From positions 1,984,001-2,048,000 of the forward strand of contig CP089280.1 in the NCBI GenBank assembly GCA_023920165.1: a DNA stretch of 64,000 nt. Direction: 5' to 3'. Positions within the stretch are counted from its first letter, which is position 1. Every line of letters begins with the position of its first letter. The position numbers were made by a program, and so were the translations under genes. This document shows positions 27,127-39,910 of the stretch, one piece after another. Source of the DNA: Curvularia clavata (Eukaryota). Under the pieces are notes generated by a model. The model searched no databases, was not told the DNA's origin, and saw nothing but the letters and a program-made list of their open reading frames with translations.

Positions 27127-28587
27127 TCAGGGCCACGCACTCCAGTGCCGTCTAACATCCCAGTTCAACTCGGTCATACCCTTCAAATCATCTCCGTTCA
27201 AGTATCCTACACCCTCCTCAACGAGCACATTCCAGATGCGATTGCGCAGGCCAATAGGCCACTTTGGCGCGCTCCAGTATCTCGATTTGAGGCCTCTTTG
27301 CTCAGCGGCGTGGATCTGGGCGCGGACTTTTTGGAGTTGGGCTTCGGAGAAGTGGCCGAACCAAAGCCAGCCAACGGTGGTACCAAAGTTGACGGAAGCG
27401 TAGTAAGAATTGGTGCTATCAAAGTGGGATGTGGGTGTTGTGCCGACGGTGCCTTGGCCGTCGCGCTTGCTGGTGGTTGTGGAAGAGGAAGATTCCTCGA
27501 CCAATTTGTCTAGGGGTGCATCAAAGAAAATATCGCGGTACGTGGAGTTTGCAGTGATGAGGTCGAAGGGTGCGTTTCCCGTGGCTACAATGGTGATGGC
27601 GCCAGAGACGACGGATGTACCGTTATAGTATGTCAAGTATCCCTTTTCTCGTAGTCCAGAGATTTGTTCTGATACTACGGGGAAGATTTCATGGCCGTCG
27701 TTCTTGAAGTCGACGAGTAGGACAAGGGTTTGCGAGGGCTGGGTATCAAAGACTCCGTTTTTGATCGTAGATGGGGTTGTGAATTCGCTCAAGGCATTCT
27801 TGTGATCGAGCATTGCCGTTAGTGGGTCGACGTACATCGATCGGAAGGTATTGTTCTGTGTCAGGGCATTCGTATTATGGCCAACAAATAGGTTGCCGTC
27901 AAAGAGCCAGACATCGGCTTCGACGCCCGTACAACCCCAGTGGAGGGCGTCGTACAGCGGAACTCGGCGCCAGTAATCGTTGTGCGAGTGGCATGGCACG
28001 GGTGTCACGTCACGTGTGATATCCAGTAGATGCGCCTGGTCGTACTGATTCCAATCCAAGCCTGGTAATGCATGGTCATCCAGAAACACGGGTACGTAAC
28101 CCAGCAACACATTGACAATGTGGAGTACGCCACTGAGTGGGTTAGTTTACCGAATGTGCAGTTATGAAAGAATGACGGAGTAATGAAAGCGCGAATGCGG
28201 GGCAGTCTTCTGTTGCACTTACAAGAAGATGACAACCAACAACGGAATGACAACACATGCTCTGGCCGCATGCTTCTTCTTTACCCTGTATTTCTTGTGT
28301 TGTTTCTTTTCGTCTGGCAGTCGCAAGCGACCCAATACATCGTCGGTGTGCGACTTTCCATGCCGTCTCCTTATGCTCATTCTCAACCTTTTCCAGAAAC
28401 CGGGTCGCGGGGCTATCTCGTCGGCAACGTTGTCTTCTTCATCAGAAGTGAAGACCGTGTCATCACCATATTCCGGTCCATGCAGGGAGAATGGGAGTGC
28501 AGGTTCCTTGGCGAAAGCAAGGTCTGGACTGGGAGAGGAGTGGCGCAGGAGAGGCTGGGTGGTGAGTGGTCGCTGTGTTCCCGCCAT
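27127..28587 (-). CDS. AIM6: Aim6-like PLC-like phosphodiesterase family protein with one transmembrane anchor
   Basis: PVPCHSHNDYWRRVPLYDALHWGCTGVEADVWL and LVLLVDFK. The hydrophobic segment spans intron 28133-28222. Confidence 0.8.
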
Positions 28588-29877
28588 GTCAGGCACGAGC
28601 CAATTGCCGACGAGGATCTTACAGGATCTGTCAACCAGACTGGGACCCTGAACGTGGGGCAGATGCGAGTAGTATCGATTGTGCAACGTCCCTCTTACTC
28701 TTCGTCGCTGTCGTTTGTCTTCAGCGCAATAGTAAAGGGGACTCGGGGCCTCTAAAAGTGTTTGCGTTCCAAGGAGAAAACCCTGGTTTTAAGACACCTT
28801 CCTGTTCGATGGTTGGCCGATGGCGCTTTGGATGTTCCGCTTGGGGGGTCCAGACTGCCAGTGGCTGCTAAACTGGGGCAATGCACGTCCTCCGTGCCTC
28901 GATATGAGCCGCGTACAGATGCAGGGACCGCAGCTCTCGACTCTCGCTAAATACCACTTGCTGGGTAGCAGGAGTCGCAAGACTGCAGGGAGGATTTGGA
29001 AACTGGTGTTTACAGGAAACAAACCGGGCGTCAGAAGCTTCTTATTGCGAAACAGGGAACGACAAGGCCTGGGTGTGCGGGATGTTTGGGTTGCTAGATA
29101 GGAAAGGGGATCTGCAGCAGCGAACTACAGCGTCGCAAGTGTGGTACGTTGTGGAGAAATGTAAGGCCGTCTGGAGAGCGAGTACGAGCACGCAACCTCA
29201 GCTGCGTTGCTGATTGGCCCGCGAGAGAAGGAGTTGGATACAGGGTGAGCAGAGAGCAAAGCCTCAGGTGGACATGTAGGCCAGCAGGTGATCACCATAG
29301 TTATACGGTAGAGGAGCACGTTTCTCAACTTAGTCGACTAGTGGACATGGCCGAGGCACACATGCTTTAGGTGCGCGTTTGTCAAGCTGATGGTGAACGG
29401 CGAGTCGGTCCGAAAGTCTGTCGCAACCAGTTCCAGATGATGCCCCTAGTCGCGAAACAATGATGAGTTGAACAACTCCGACGACCCAGTGCCCGCTTTG
29501 GACTGGGTCCATGTCTGGCGCAGGGGCGGATGGACATCGTGTTGCGGCATTTTGGACCTGGCCATACGAGCGGCAGGCCACCAGGCCTATGGGAGCGCGC
29601 TCCGCGTATATGCGGCGTTTCGGTGGCATTGAATGTCGTAAGCCACAGCAACCGGGCGGTGCCCATTCGACCGTCAAGCCACAGGCAATATTATTCGCAA
29701 ATGCACCATGCAATTTCTTGTGCGTTGGAGAGCGGGGGTTGAAGCTGTGGCCGCGTAACACCCGTTAAGCTTGCCAAGGATCCCGAGTCCCACTTTTTGC
29801 CAATCCCTGTCGCAACTCCGCAACTTTTTTGCGACCACGGCCAGCCGTCATATGCCAAATAACACACGCTGCCCAAA

Positions 29878-30920
29878 ATGCCTCACAAGCACAAGCGCAC
29901 AGAAGAGGACGAGTCGCAGTACGTCATACGCCCCTACCCCTCTCTAGCATCTTACCCTTGTCCCGCCACTCCTAACACAACCCGGACAGATTCGACCTTC
30001 CACCTACAGTCCAAGCCGCACCTCTTACTGTCGGTAAGGCGCGCACATTCAGCAACGCCCCGAGGGTCAAGAAGCGAAAAATACCCCAAGTCGAAGGCTA
30101 TGGCGCAGACGATACACCCAAGGCCTTCCAACGCCTTATGGCCTTTTCCCAAAGCGGACAGAAAAGGCGTTCAGGCCTTGACGATGGCGCGGTGAAACCC
30201 AAGAAACAGAAGAAGCAACAGCCGGCAACGCAAAAAGATACAGACAAGGATGAAAAGAAGAGCACGACTGAGGAACAGCCAGCGCAGCCCGCACAGCCCA
30301 CACCTGTACTCAAGATCCAGCCCGGAGAATCCTTAGCGGACTTCCGAACACGTGTGGATCAGGCGCTACCACTGTCTGGTATCGCAAAATCTGGCAAGAA
30401 GATTGCTGGCTTGAGCGACCACAGGGTCACCAAGCATGAGCGGAGACTGAAACGTCTGCAACAAGGATGGAGAGAGGAGGAAGCCAGGTTGCGTGAAAAG
30501 GAAATGGAGAGAAGGGAACTAGCAGAGGAAGAAGAGGACGAGCTCGAAGCCATGTGGGAGGACAAGACGGCTGATCTTCCAACTAAGAGAATGGTAGACG
30601 GCAAGAAGAAGAAGGCCAAAAAGGGCAAGCGCAAGCTGAGAGTCGGAGAAGTGGATCACGATAGCGAGGATGAATGGGAAGCGCTTAAGAGGAAGAGGGA
30701 GGAAAGGAAAGGATTGCACGACATTGTTCATGCGCCTCCAACATTTACAAAGACACCAAGGGAGATATTCAAGGTGAAGAACGGAGCGGGCGCAAAGGTC
30801 GCAAATATACCCAATTCAGCGGGCAGTCTAAGGAAACGAGAAGAGCTGGGTGAAGAGCGTCAAAAAATGATTGCTGCTTATCGCCAGATGATGGCAGCGA
30901 AGAAGGGCGAGACACAATAA
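29878..30920 (+). CDS. Conserved basic coiled-coil protein (MPHKHKR..., DDTPKAFQRLM), possibly CCDC137-like and nucleolar
   Basis: Intron 29919-29989 joins MPHKHKR to the 30138-30920 frame. The protein is Lys/Arg-rich. The family assignment is inference. Confidence 0.75.
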
Positions 30921-31601
30921 AATCTTGACATCTGGGCTACGAACCAGACATCATCGTTGAAATCGTGCATACCTCTTGTCAGCTATTAAACCCTAATGAC
31001 TATGCGTGTTCCCTGCCCCACCTACTACTCATAATCATAAAAAACATCTCGAAAGGTGTGCATGACATGCATATCAGCCATGCGCCTAATCCCTCCAAAC
31101 AAAGTCGAGACACGCTTAGAATATCGTATATGCATCGGCCTAGGCCATTCTCTAAACCATCATGCCACCAGCGCTCCGTCCGTCAGCCCGCGCTGGCTAT
31201 CTTAGCGCTCGCCAGACCCGGGTTTAAACAAGTGGGCCACGTAAGCTGCGGACTCAGCTAACAATTATCCCCATTGTCCTTTCGTTGGCTGGGGTTCTTT
31301 TCAAAGAAGCTAGGTTGATAGGTAAGGGGACTATGATATAATGAAGTCATCACGGCATGGTTTTGTTTCGTGCTATGGCGTCGTTGCGGTAACTCTACTA
31401 CCTGGTTGTTGCTTGTTGCTGTTCCCATCAGTAGCTCACCAAGAGAAACAAGTAACAATGATGAGTTCTTAAAGAGGATTTTTGTCTAAGGATACAGAAT
31501 GCCCAGTCTATCGATATTGACCTCCTGGATCCATCGTTTGCCAGTGTGGTATTAGTCTATTGTTTGCGCATACATTGGCGTACAGCGATAAAATCATGCG
31601 C

Positions 31602-32733
31602 TCATGCTGCAGCCTTGACCGGCTCGCCTTCTTTGATGTCAAGCTTCTCTACACCGTCAACAAGCTCGGCGCCATTGGCATCTTTAGCCACGGCGGGTGT
31701 TGCGGCATCTTTTGAGTCAGCTATAGCGGCTTGTTCGTCTGTAGCGGTTGTCTCTGCTTTTCCAGTGTTGAGACTTGGCTCATCTCCACCCCACAGATAA
31801 ATCTCGCTTTCTCCAATCATCTTGCCAGCCTTTTCCCATCTCTCTTTCCTTTGTTGTCTCCTTTCGGCAACAAGCTTGTCGAGGGCAGGCCAGTAGACAG
31901 CGTGGTCGTACTTAAAGTCCACGTCTCCTCCGGCCGCTTTCATAAGCTGGGAAGCGGGGACGTGGTTGGGAAGGGGCTCGTTCGATTTGATCTTGGACTT
32001 GGTGACGGGATCGATGAAGGGGTTTACCAGCTTAAGGAATGTGTTGACATACCATGGGACTATTGCAGTGTCAGTAAACACAGCGAGCCTAGCCAAGATG
32101 GCACCTACCATTTGAGAGCAGCGCTCTGCCAAGTCGCTCGGGGTAGTGGTTCTGCAAGATATGGAGGACCTGCTTTGCCAGTCCCACACTAGGGTTTCCC
32201 CCAGCTGAACTGTTCTTAAAATCAATCAACAGTGCCAAGCCTTCTTGACCTGGAGGGTGAACATCGATGGTACGCTCCAACATGTACACCAAATGCTCCA
32301 CTTGTTTGGGCGACTCCTTGGTGTTCTGATTTTGCGGAAGTAGGTAGAGACATGGCCTTCCCTCAACGTCAAACCCTAGCAAGACTTGCTTGCCGGTCGC
32401 ATTTTCCTCAGAGATGTAGTCGGCAGTCAACTTGTCGGTGCCAAACTCACGTCGCCAGATCAGCGTAGCGCGTAGGCGTTGTGTAGCTTGCTGGACATTC
32501 CACTTGGAAGCACGGAGATATCGGAGTAGGCATTCGCGGGTAAGCCACATGCGCTCATCGTCGGTAATAGGGGAGGTTTCAGCATTGTTTGCCGAAGTCG
32601 TGGACAACGAGTCCCAGGTGCGAACGTCGGCAAGAAGCTGGTCGTACTTGGCCTGTTGATCGGCGGTCAGGGCGGGAGCAGTGGGAGGCTTACAGCCAGG
32701 GGCAGGCTCTGCGAAGGGACCGATTGCTGACAT
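31602..32733 (-). CDS. PDR16: Sec14/CRAL-TRIO phosphatidylinositol transfer protein Pdr16-like
   Basis: WLTRECLLRYLRASKW, ENATGKQ, ILQNHYPERLGRA, PFIDPVTKSKIK. Intron 32060-32108. Confidence 0.92.
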
Positions 32734-32926
32734 TTGGGAATATTTACAATATGAACCGAGTGACTTGGGATCGTTTGAAATTAACTGATATAGAAGCGAA
32801 GAAGAGGATCCCCAATTGCGTTGTTGAGGTTGGAGTCAGCACTGGACAACTTTCTAAGAAACATAGTGGACCCTTGAATGCATGTTGATCCCTACCGCTA
32901 AGCTATCTCCATCCTAGCCCCACTCT

Positions 32927-32940
32927 ACGCGTCTACGCGT
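32927..32940. promoter_or_regulatory. Tandem MCB (ACGCGT) elements upstream of POL12
   Basis: ACGCGT at 32927-32932 and 32935-32940, about 70 nt before ATG 33010. Further ACGCG/CGCG cores lie near 32954-32973. Confidence 0.65.
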
Positions 32941-33009
32941 CTTCCAGGTTTCCACGCGCAAAGTGCTTTCGCGCTCAGCATCACATACCATCCCGAATCC
33001 GCATTCACA

Positions 33010-35243
33010 ATGGACGACATAACGACAGAACTCACCGAGCGCTTCGAGCGCTATTGCGGCACCAAAGACGATGAATTCCCCGCGGATGTCCTTGCCGAAT
33101 TGCAATCCATGTGCAGGTTATACTCCATCTCGCCCGAGGAATTGGACTTCAAATGGCAGGCATACAACATGAAGATGGGCGGAGAAGAAAACAAGATGGA
33201 TGTGAAGACTGCACAAGATTTCAAGAAAACTATACAAGACGCATTGGAACGAGAGAGCAGGGGGAAAGCAGCGCAAAGAAACGAGGCCAAGCGGGGCCAG
33301 CCAACACCAAGGGCCAAGGGTGGGGACATGTACGATATGTATGTCCGAAGACAGCTGGGTTACTCATAAGAGCGTACTGACTGAAAAAGGCTGGAAGGGC
33401 TGGTGCCCAACACACCACGGCAGGGTGCCTCAAGCGGTGTTAATGGAAGCACGGTCAAACGCAAGGCGAACTTCCAGACACCGGGAGGCAAAGCGAACAA
33501 GGCACATGAAATGAGCTCACCTGGAGGCTTCATGACACCAAAGGCTGAAGCGGCAGGCGGACCGTAAGCATTCGAACAATACTGCATGAGTGTTTTCTAA
33601 TTATTGTTCAGTGTCTTTGACTTCGCCTCCCGTACCAACGCGAACGACATTACAGAACAATTCATGCAAGGAGACATTGCTATCCCAGAGCCCCCCTCAG
33701 AAGAACCCAAAGAACCCCGCATCAAGCTCAAGGCCAATACCGACATGTCCAAGTTCTCATACCGGACCATGGCAATGAAACTCTCAGAAGCGTCGGAGGT
33801 ATTAGATGACAGGATTGATGAGTTCCGTGACATCCTCAGAGAATCTTCAGGTCTGTACGAGAGTGCATTCGGAAATCCCAGCTACCCATCGCCTAGCGAG
33901 ATCATCGCTGTTGGGAGGATAGCGTGTGACACGACCGAAGGCAAGCTCAATCCGGCGTCCATTGTTCTTGAAGGCTCGCGAAGGTACGGTTCAGGGCATC
34001 GCGTACCGCTGAATGTTGAAGGACTGCAGTCCTACAACTTCTTTCCTGGTCAGATTGTTGCCGTACGCGGCACAAACGCATCGGGTGACTCTCTTGTGGT
34101 CTCTGAGGTCCTCCCATTACCACTTCTGAACCCGCCCGCTACCAAGCCAGAAGAGCTTGATGCCATTAACGCACGATATCTTGATACACCCGACTCTGAC
34201 CCAGACAACGTTCGACCGTTGACTCTAATGATTGCGTCTGGACCCTATACCACGGATCAGAACCTTGATTTTGCACCTTTGCATGCTTTTCTAGACAAGG
34301 CTGTTGAAGCGTATGCGGACTCCATCATCCTGATTGGCCCCTTTCTTGACGCAGAGCATCCTCAAATCCGGTCAGGCGATTTCGATGCACCACCAAGTGC
34401 GAATCCAGATCAGGCGACTATAACTGATTTGTTCCGACACCACATCTCCAGCGCCCTTCAAAATTTCCATAAACGTGTACCAACATGTAATGTTCTCTTA
34501 GTACCCAGTCTGCGCGACGCACATCACCACCATGCTGCTTTTCCACAAGATAAGTTCATCAAGAAAGAACTCGCCTTAGGCGCCGCGGGGAAAATGGTGC
34601 AGTGCGTCACGAACCCGATGACTGTCAGCATGAATGAGATGACTGTGGGGATGTCTTCAATTGATAACCTTGACATGCTTCGAAGAGAAGAAGTCGCGGG
34701 TGGCAAGGCGCGAGCAACGAACCTTTATGAACGATGTGTTCGCAACTTGATCGAGCAACGAAGCTTCCTGCCACTATTCCCACCGACTGGGAGAGAGAAG
34801 CAACTTATGCCCACGTCGATCGAAGAGAAGGTGACGAAGCACGATGCTACAAATGGTGAACGGAAAGAAGGCGAAGAAGCGGACGAGGAGCAAACGCCTA
34901 GCCCATTCCTCCCACTTGGCACCATGGTGGACACCAGCTATCTCAAACTGGGCGAGATGCTGAATGTACGACCTGACGTATTAATTACGCCCAGTGTGCT
35001 ACCGGGTACAGTTAAGGTGGGTATTCGATGGGAATTCGGTAACAGAACATGCTGACAGACAAATAGGTCGTTGAGTCCGTGTTGGTAATCAACCCTGGTA
35101 CATTGTCCAAACGACGTGCCGCTGGAACATACGCACGCATGATTGTTCAGCCTGCTGTCATAAGTGAGGCAGACAGGCAGAAGGGGGTCGCTGTGGCGCA
35201 CAAGCTTTGGGAACGAACAAGAGTCGATATTGTACGAATCTAG
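33010..35243 (+). CDS. POL12: DNA polymerase alpha-primase subunit B
   Basis: YRTMAMKLSEASEVLDDRIDEF, AVGRIACD, FFPGQIVAVRGTNASG, ASGPYT, GPFLDAEHP, PDVLITPS. Introns 33339-33389, 33564-33611, 35017-35066. Confidence 0.95.
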
Positions 35244-35873
35244 GCATTTTTTGCTGCATTGCAACATGTCGGCCAAAATGAATATATATGATAACGGCTG
35301 TTTCTGTGACTATTTTTTAGCGCAAGACGTAGCAAAACCTGGACTTGCATGCCTACAAATTCCCGTTATTGATCATCATGACTTGTGCCTTCACCTGGGT
35401 TTTGCGTAGCAATTGATGTGGTTTATGGTTTCCAAAAAGCACATGACTTCGCGTCACTTTTGCGATTTGGCCGCTAGCTGGACGTGCTCACTTGCGCACT
35501 TTAGTTCATTCACCAATACTGTCTCCATACATTAATAAAGAGCCGCCAGAAGTGCTCTTGACGACTTGAACACCTTCACCAAGAACACTCAACCCAGTCA
35601 AGCAAGATCTAGCAGCATTCTGTGTACTCACATGCAGATATCATCTGCCAATTGCGGCAACCAGACCTGCTATACCTAGTACTGGTTTGCGGCCTGGCTG
35701 GTTAATTGCTCAGCTTCAGGCGCACAGATATCAAATCAACAAAGTGCACGAGCGCTTTCGTGCCTGACCAAAGCACAGCTCGTCGAGCCCCTACATCTCG
35801 CCGTCACACAGGCCGAGCTACCCTACAACAACAAATCTCTGCCGACAGGCCGGAAGAAGACGTTGACCCACTC

Positions 35874-38483
35874 ATGCCACCCAAACGCAAGACTACTGCT
35901 ACGGATGATGGCGCGGCGGTGGGTAGTTCTGAGAAAAAGACAAAGGCTGTCAAGAAGGGCAAGAGTGCAGCACCGGACACAGAGACAAGTACCAAGACAG
36001 GTATGTAGGCGAAATTTTCTCTCCCAATACCCAAATTCATACCTGCTTGCATACATTCTAGTAGTGCGATCAGAGAGCAGGCTGCAGATTAACCCTACTG
36101 CCGCGGCCCTAATGCTAACTCCGAGGCCTGTGGCTGATGGCCAAGGGACCAATGGTGGGCTGGCGGCGGGGTCGGCCAATTGATGTCTCGACACTGCGTC
36201 ACAGCCTACCCAAGATCCCGCCAGTCCTACCATTCAACCCCCGATCTGTAATTCGAGGCGCGCAACGGGAACTGCAACACCTTCTGCACTTTCTGCCACT
36301 TTTCTTTCATGCCCTCTCATTCCTTTGTTCTGCCCTGAACCCCCTCGTATCACTCGCACAACTACCAGCAGCCCCGCGACCGTTGCGCTTCTCAAGCTTG
36401 CATTCAGCACCCAGACTTCGTCATACTGCGCGCTAACACAAAATGCCGACAGTATACAGCTCTCAGCAAAAGGCTGCCATTCAGCAATTCATAAACTTCA
36501 CCCAAGTCGACCGAAACTCGGCGATAAGGACACTGAAGAGTCATGGATGGGACCCGCAGAGCGCAGTGAACGCGTAAGTTTTGTCTTCTTTTTTTGTTGT
36601 AGCATGTTCTAGCACAATCGTCGCAAAAGACGATCCATGAATATGGGCATAATAGAGTGCCCAAGCAATTTCGACCGACCCGCGAACCGGACCGCCTTGA
36701 ACACGCTGGTTCAAGCTCGCAACAGACCCAGGGAGATAAACCAAAACTGTCAACGAGTGAACACATGGAGATCACACGTATACGTGTGCGAATAAATGTC
36801 TCTGAGAAAATCGGAACCTAGAGCGTGCCGCAGCACGCCTGGACGGTTTACCGCAGTACGATCAAGGCTGCCATATGTGGAAGAGCAGCTGGAGTAGTCG
36901 CGAATGACAATATGTGGAAGGGGAGGCACAAAACAAGATCGCTGCATCATGGAAGTCCCTTTCCATGAACCTTTCGCCACCGCCGCTCCTTTCAGTCCAT
37001 GTACACAACGCTGTGATCTCGTTCTACCTACCCTCCGGCCACAACAAACCGTCAAACAAGTTTGTCAACCAGTCTTGCGTTGATCAGCCGAGGCATATAC
37101 AGGGTTTGCAGCAATACAAAAGGCCTCGAGGTGTCTTGGCGGCATAACGCAGTCTGCCATGTTCGGTTCCTCTGAGGACAGAGCCAGACTGCTTGCAGGG
37201 CGTAACAGACGACACCGTATCAGCTCCACTGGATCTGGCTCGAGCTCCGGTTCCAAAGCTGAGCTACTCTTGCCAGTGTACAAGCAAGTCCCCCATGAAA
37301 GCACTCCTTCAAGCGCCAATGACCCAGGGTCCTCCGTGTCCTCGTTGCCGGCTGGATCCCACACCTTTCAGCTGGAACAGCAACGGCTGCAGTCTGAACA
37401 CCTCAGTCAGGTCTTGTACAGCAGGCCTACTCTTCTAAAGCTTGCCGACTCGTCGCATGATGACCTCGGATCTACTCATGATATCCACTCAGAAGGGCTA
37501 GGTACTTCATCAGCCACGTATCCCGCTATGTGCACTGCTACAATCCCTGTTGAGGTCACGTATCTGCCACAGCTCAACTTGCTGAAAATACTGGGCACTT
37601 CCATGGCAACCACGGAAGAGTTCGTGTCGCTCACCCCTGATCATTACTAACCAGCGTCTCATGCAATTTCTACTATCAAACTTTTTGGGCTAAAATGATA
37701 GTTGCTAACACACCGTCTTGTAGGTACTATGGTGGTGGTGGTACCCCCCAGCCTTCGTCTGCATCCAAGTCTGCTCTCAACACGCTGTTTGACAAATACC
37801 GAGAGGCTGATGCTCAGGACAAAGACATTGTCGGAGCTGAGGGTACCATGAAATTCTTTGAAGACATAGGGGTCAACGCGGAAGACCTGGACGCCTTAGC
37901 CACTTTTGAGATTATCCAGGCACCGACCATGGGCGAAATGGGCCGCGAAGGTTTTGTCAAGGGCTGGTCAGAGCGCAAGTGAGTCACATGGCATAATCGT
38001 TTTCGTGAGACGCCAGCCAAGTTCTGACTAGAAGACAGCTGCGATACTATTGAAAAGCAAAAGGCGTACATTCAAACCCTCAAGGATGACCTCCCCAAGA
38101 ATAAGGACCTGTTCACTCGAGTCTACAAGTACACATTTCCCCTCGCAAGGGCCCCAGGCCAAAAAGCCGTTGCCCTCGACAATGCAGTCGTATTCTGGGA
38201 GTTACTTTTTGCATCAGAGCTGTCGGCAGTTAAGTGGTCGACTGAGAAGACGCCGTGGCTAAGCTGGTGGACCGAGTTCGTCAACTCTGAATGGAAGAAG
38301 AGCGTCAACAAGGACATGTGGAACGAGACACTCAAGTTTGCACAGCTCACTCTTGAAGATGAGTCTATGGGTTTCTGGAACGAGGAATCCTCATGGCCTT
38401 CAGTCATCGACGAGTTTGTGGAGTGGGTCAAGAAGGAGAAGCGGGGGGATACCAAGGAAGAGATTATGGAGGAGGAATACTGA
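35874..38483 (+). CDS. DCN1: Dcn1 (defective in cullin neddylation) NEDD8 E3; the short form starts at 36443, with a putative upstream exon at 35874-36000
   Basis: UBA-like exon MPTVYSSQQKAAIQQFINFTQ (36443-36573). Intron 36574-37723. PONY/cullin-binding domain (LNTLFDKYR, SVNKDMWN, SSWPSVIDEFVEW). Intron 37979-38038. Confidence 0.9.
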
Positions 38484-39175
38484 GCATTTACTGGGCTTAT
38501 TCACATTAGTCTTTCAGCGATTTGAGTCTCTCTTCAGCTGCCTAGCGGGGAGTTGGGGTGAAGGCGGCTTGCGCATCAGACGGCGGGTTTACTCGATACA
38601 TGATTAGGATCTTCACGGGAGCATAACGCCTTTGCGAGTCTTCGCGGTAGCCCAAGGTCACCAAACCACCCATAGATATAGTAGCTGAGTATGAGCAATA
38701 TACCGGCATTTTCTATTGGCCAGTGTAGAGAGGTGAGCATGGCACAATATGTGGACGAATAAGCCACTTCTAGGCTGTCTAGGGTTTTGCAGATGTGGGT
38801 CCACAGACCGGATGGAAGCATCCATCTACAACATGGCATGCATACGTTTATGGAATTGTATCGGTGGTAGATAGCGAGGCAGGGACTCAAGCTCTTGAAT
38901 GAGGAAAAATGAATGTTTGATCGCCAATGAGTCAGCGATGTGCATAATTTGGTGAGGCTCGCCAGATGGTCACGGCCTTGAGGGTGTGTTGCGCCACAGG
39001 TGTGGCTAAGGCAGCTCGCTTAGGTTTGCTTAGCGTCTTAGCAGAGCCAACAGTGCCGGGCTTGATTTTCGCAGCACCTCGACAACGTCCCGTTCCTCAC
39101 GACAACTAACCACACAGCAGTCAAAGTGCGTATCCCATGGCCTTGCATTGTTGCTACTGTACTGACTCTATGTAG

Positions 39176-39910
39176 ATGGTCGCCGCTAAGAAGCACGTCC
39201 CGATCATCAAGAAGCGTACGCCGGCACCTACCTCGATGACCTCGAAATTTCGCGACTGACGTATCCATTCACAGACCGCAAGCGCTTCAACCGCCACCAG
39301 TCGGACCGCTTCAAGTGTAAGAGACATTAGGAAATGGGTATCGAAGGAACAGGATCTGACAATGGGCAGGCGTTGACCCATCATGGCGCAAGCCCAAGGG
39401 TATCGACAACGCCGTCCGCAGGCGGTTCAAGGGCCAGGCTGCTATGCCTAAGGTACGACTGCCACATCCACCCGATTCTGCGAAGGACGCCTTTTATTTC
39501 GCTGCCGATATTCGCGTTTTGGAGCAATATGGAAATTTTTGGAGGACAAGGGCTGACGGAATGACTTGCAGATCGGATACGGCTCCAACAAGAAGACCCG
39601 CCACATGATGCCCAGCGGCCACAAGGCTTTTGTCGTCAACAACGGTAGGCTATCTGTCGATTGTCGTAGCACTTGTGGATGTTGACTAACGATTTCAGTC
39701 GCCGATGTTGACCTTCTCCTCATGCACAACAGCACCTTCGCCGCAGAGTATGTTTGTCTGACGAGTCGTGCATCACACCACCCCGCTGACAGCATTTTTA
39801 GGATCGCCCACGCCGTCTCAGCACGAAAGCGCATCGACATCATTGCCCGCGCAAAGCAACTCGGTGTCAAGGTTACCAACGGCAAGGCCCGCGTCAAGAC
39901 CGAGTCGTAG
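39176..39910 (+). CDS. RPL32: 60S ribosomal protein L32 (eL32)
   Basis: Spliced translation [41 protein letters not shown]...[11 protein letters not shown]...[16 protein letters not shown]. Five coding introns plus a 5'UTR intron at 39126-39175. Confidence 0.96.

Noticed and set aside
31457..31520. C/D snoRNA suggested by ATGATGA (also near 29460)
   Set aside because: No suitably placed CTGA D box or terminal stem was found.
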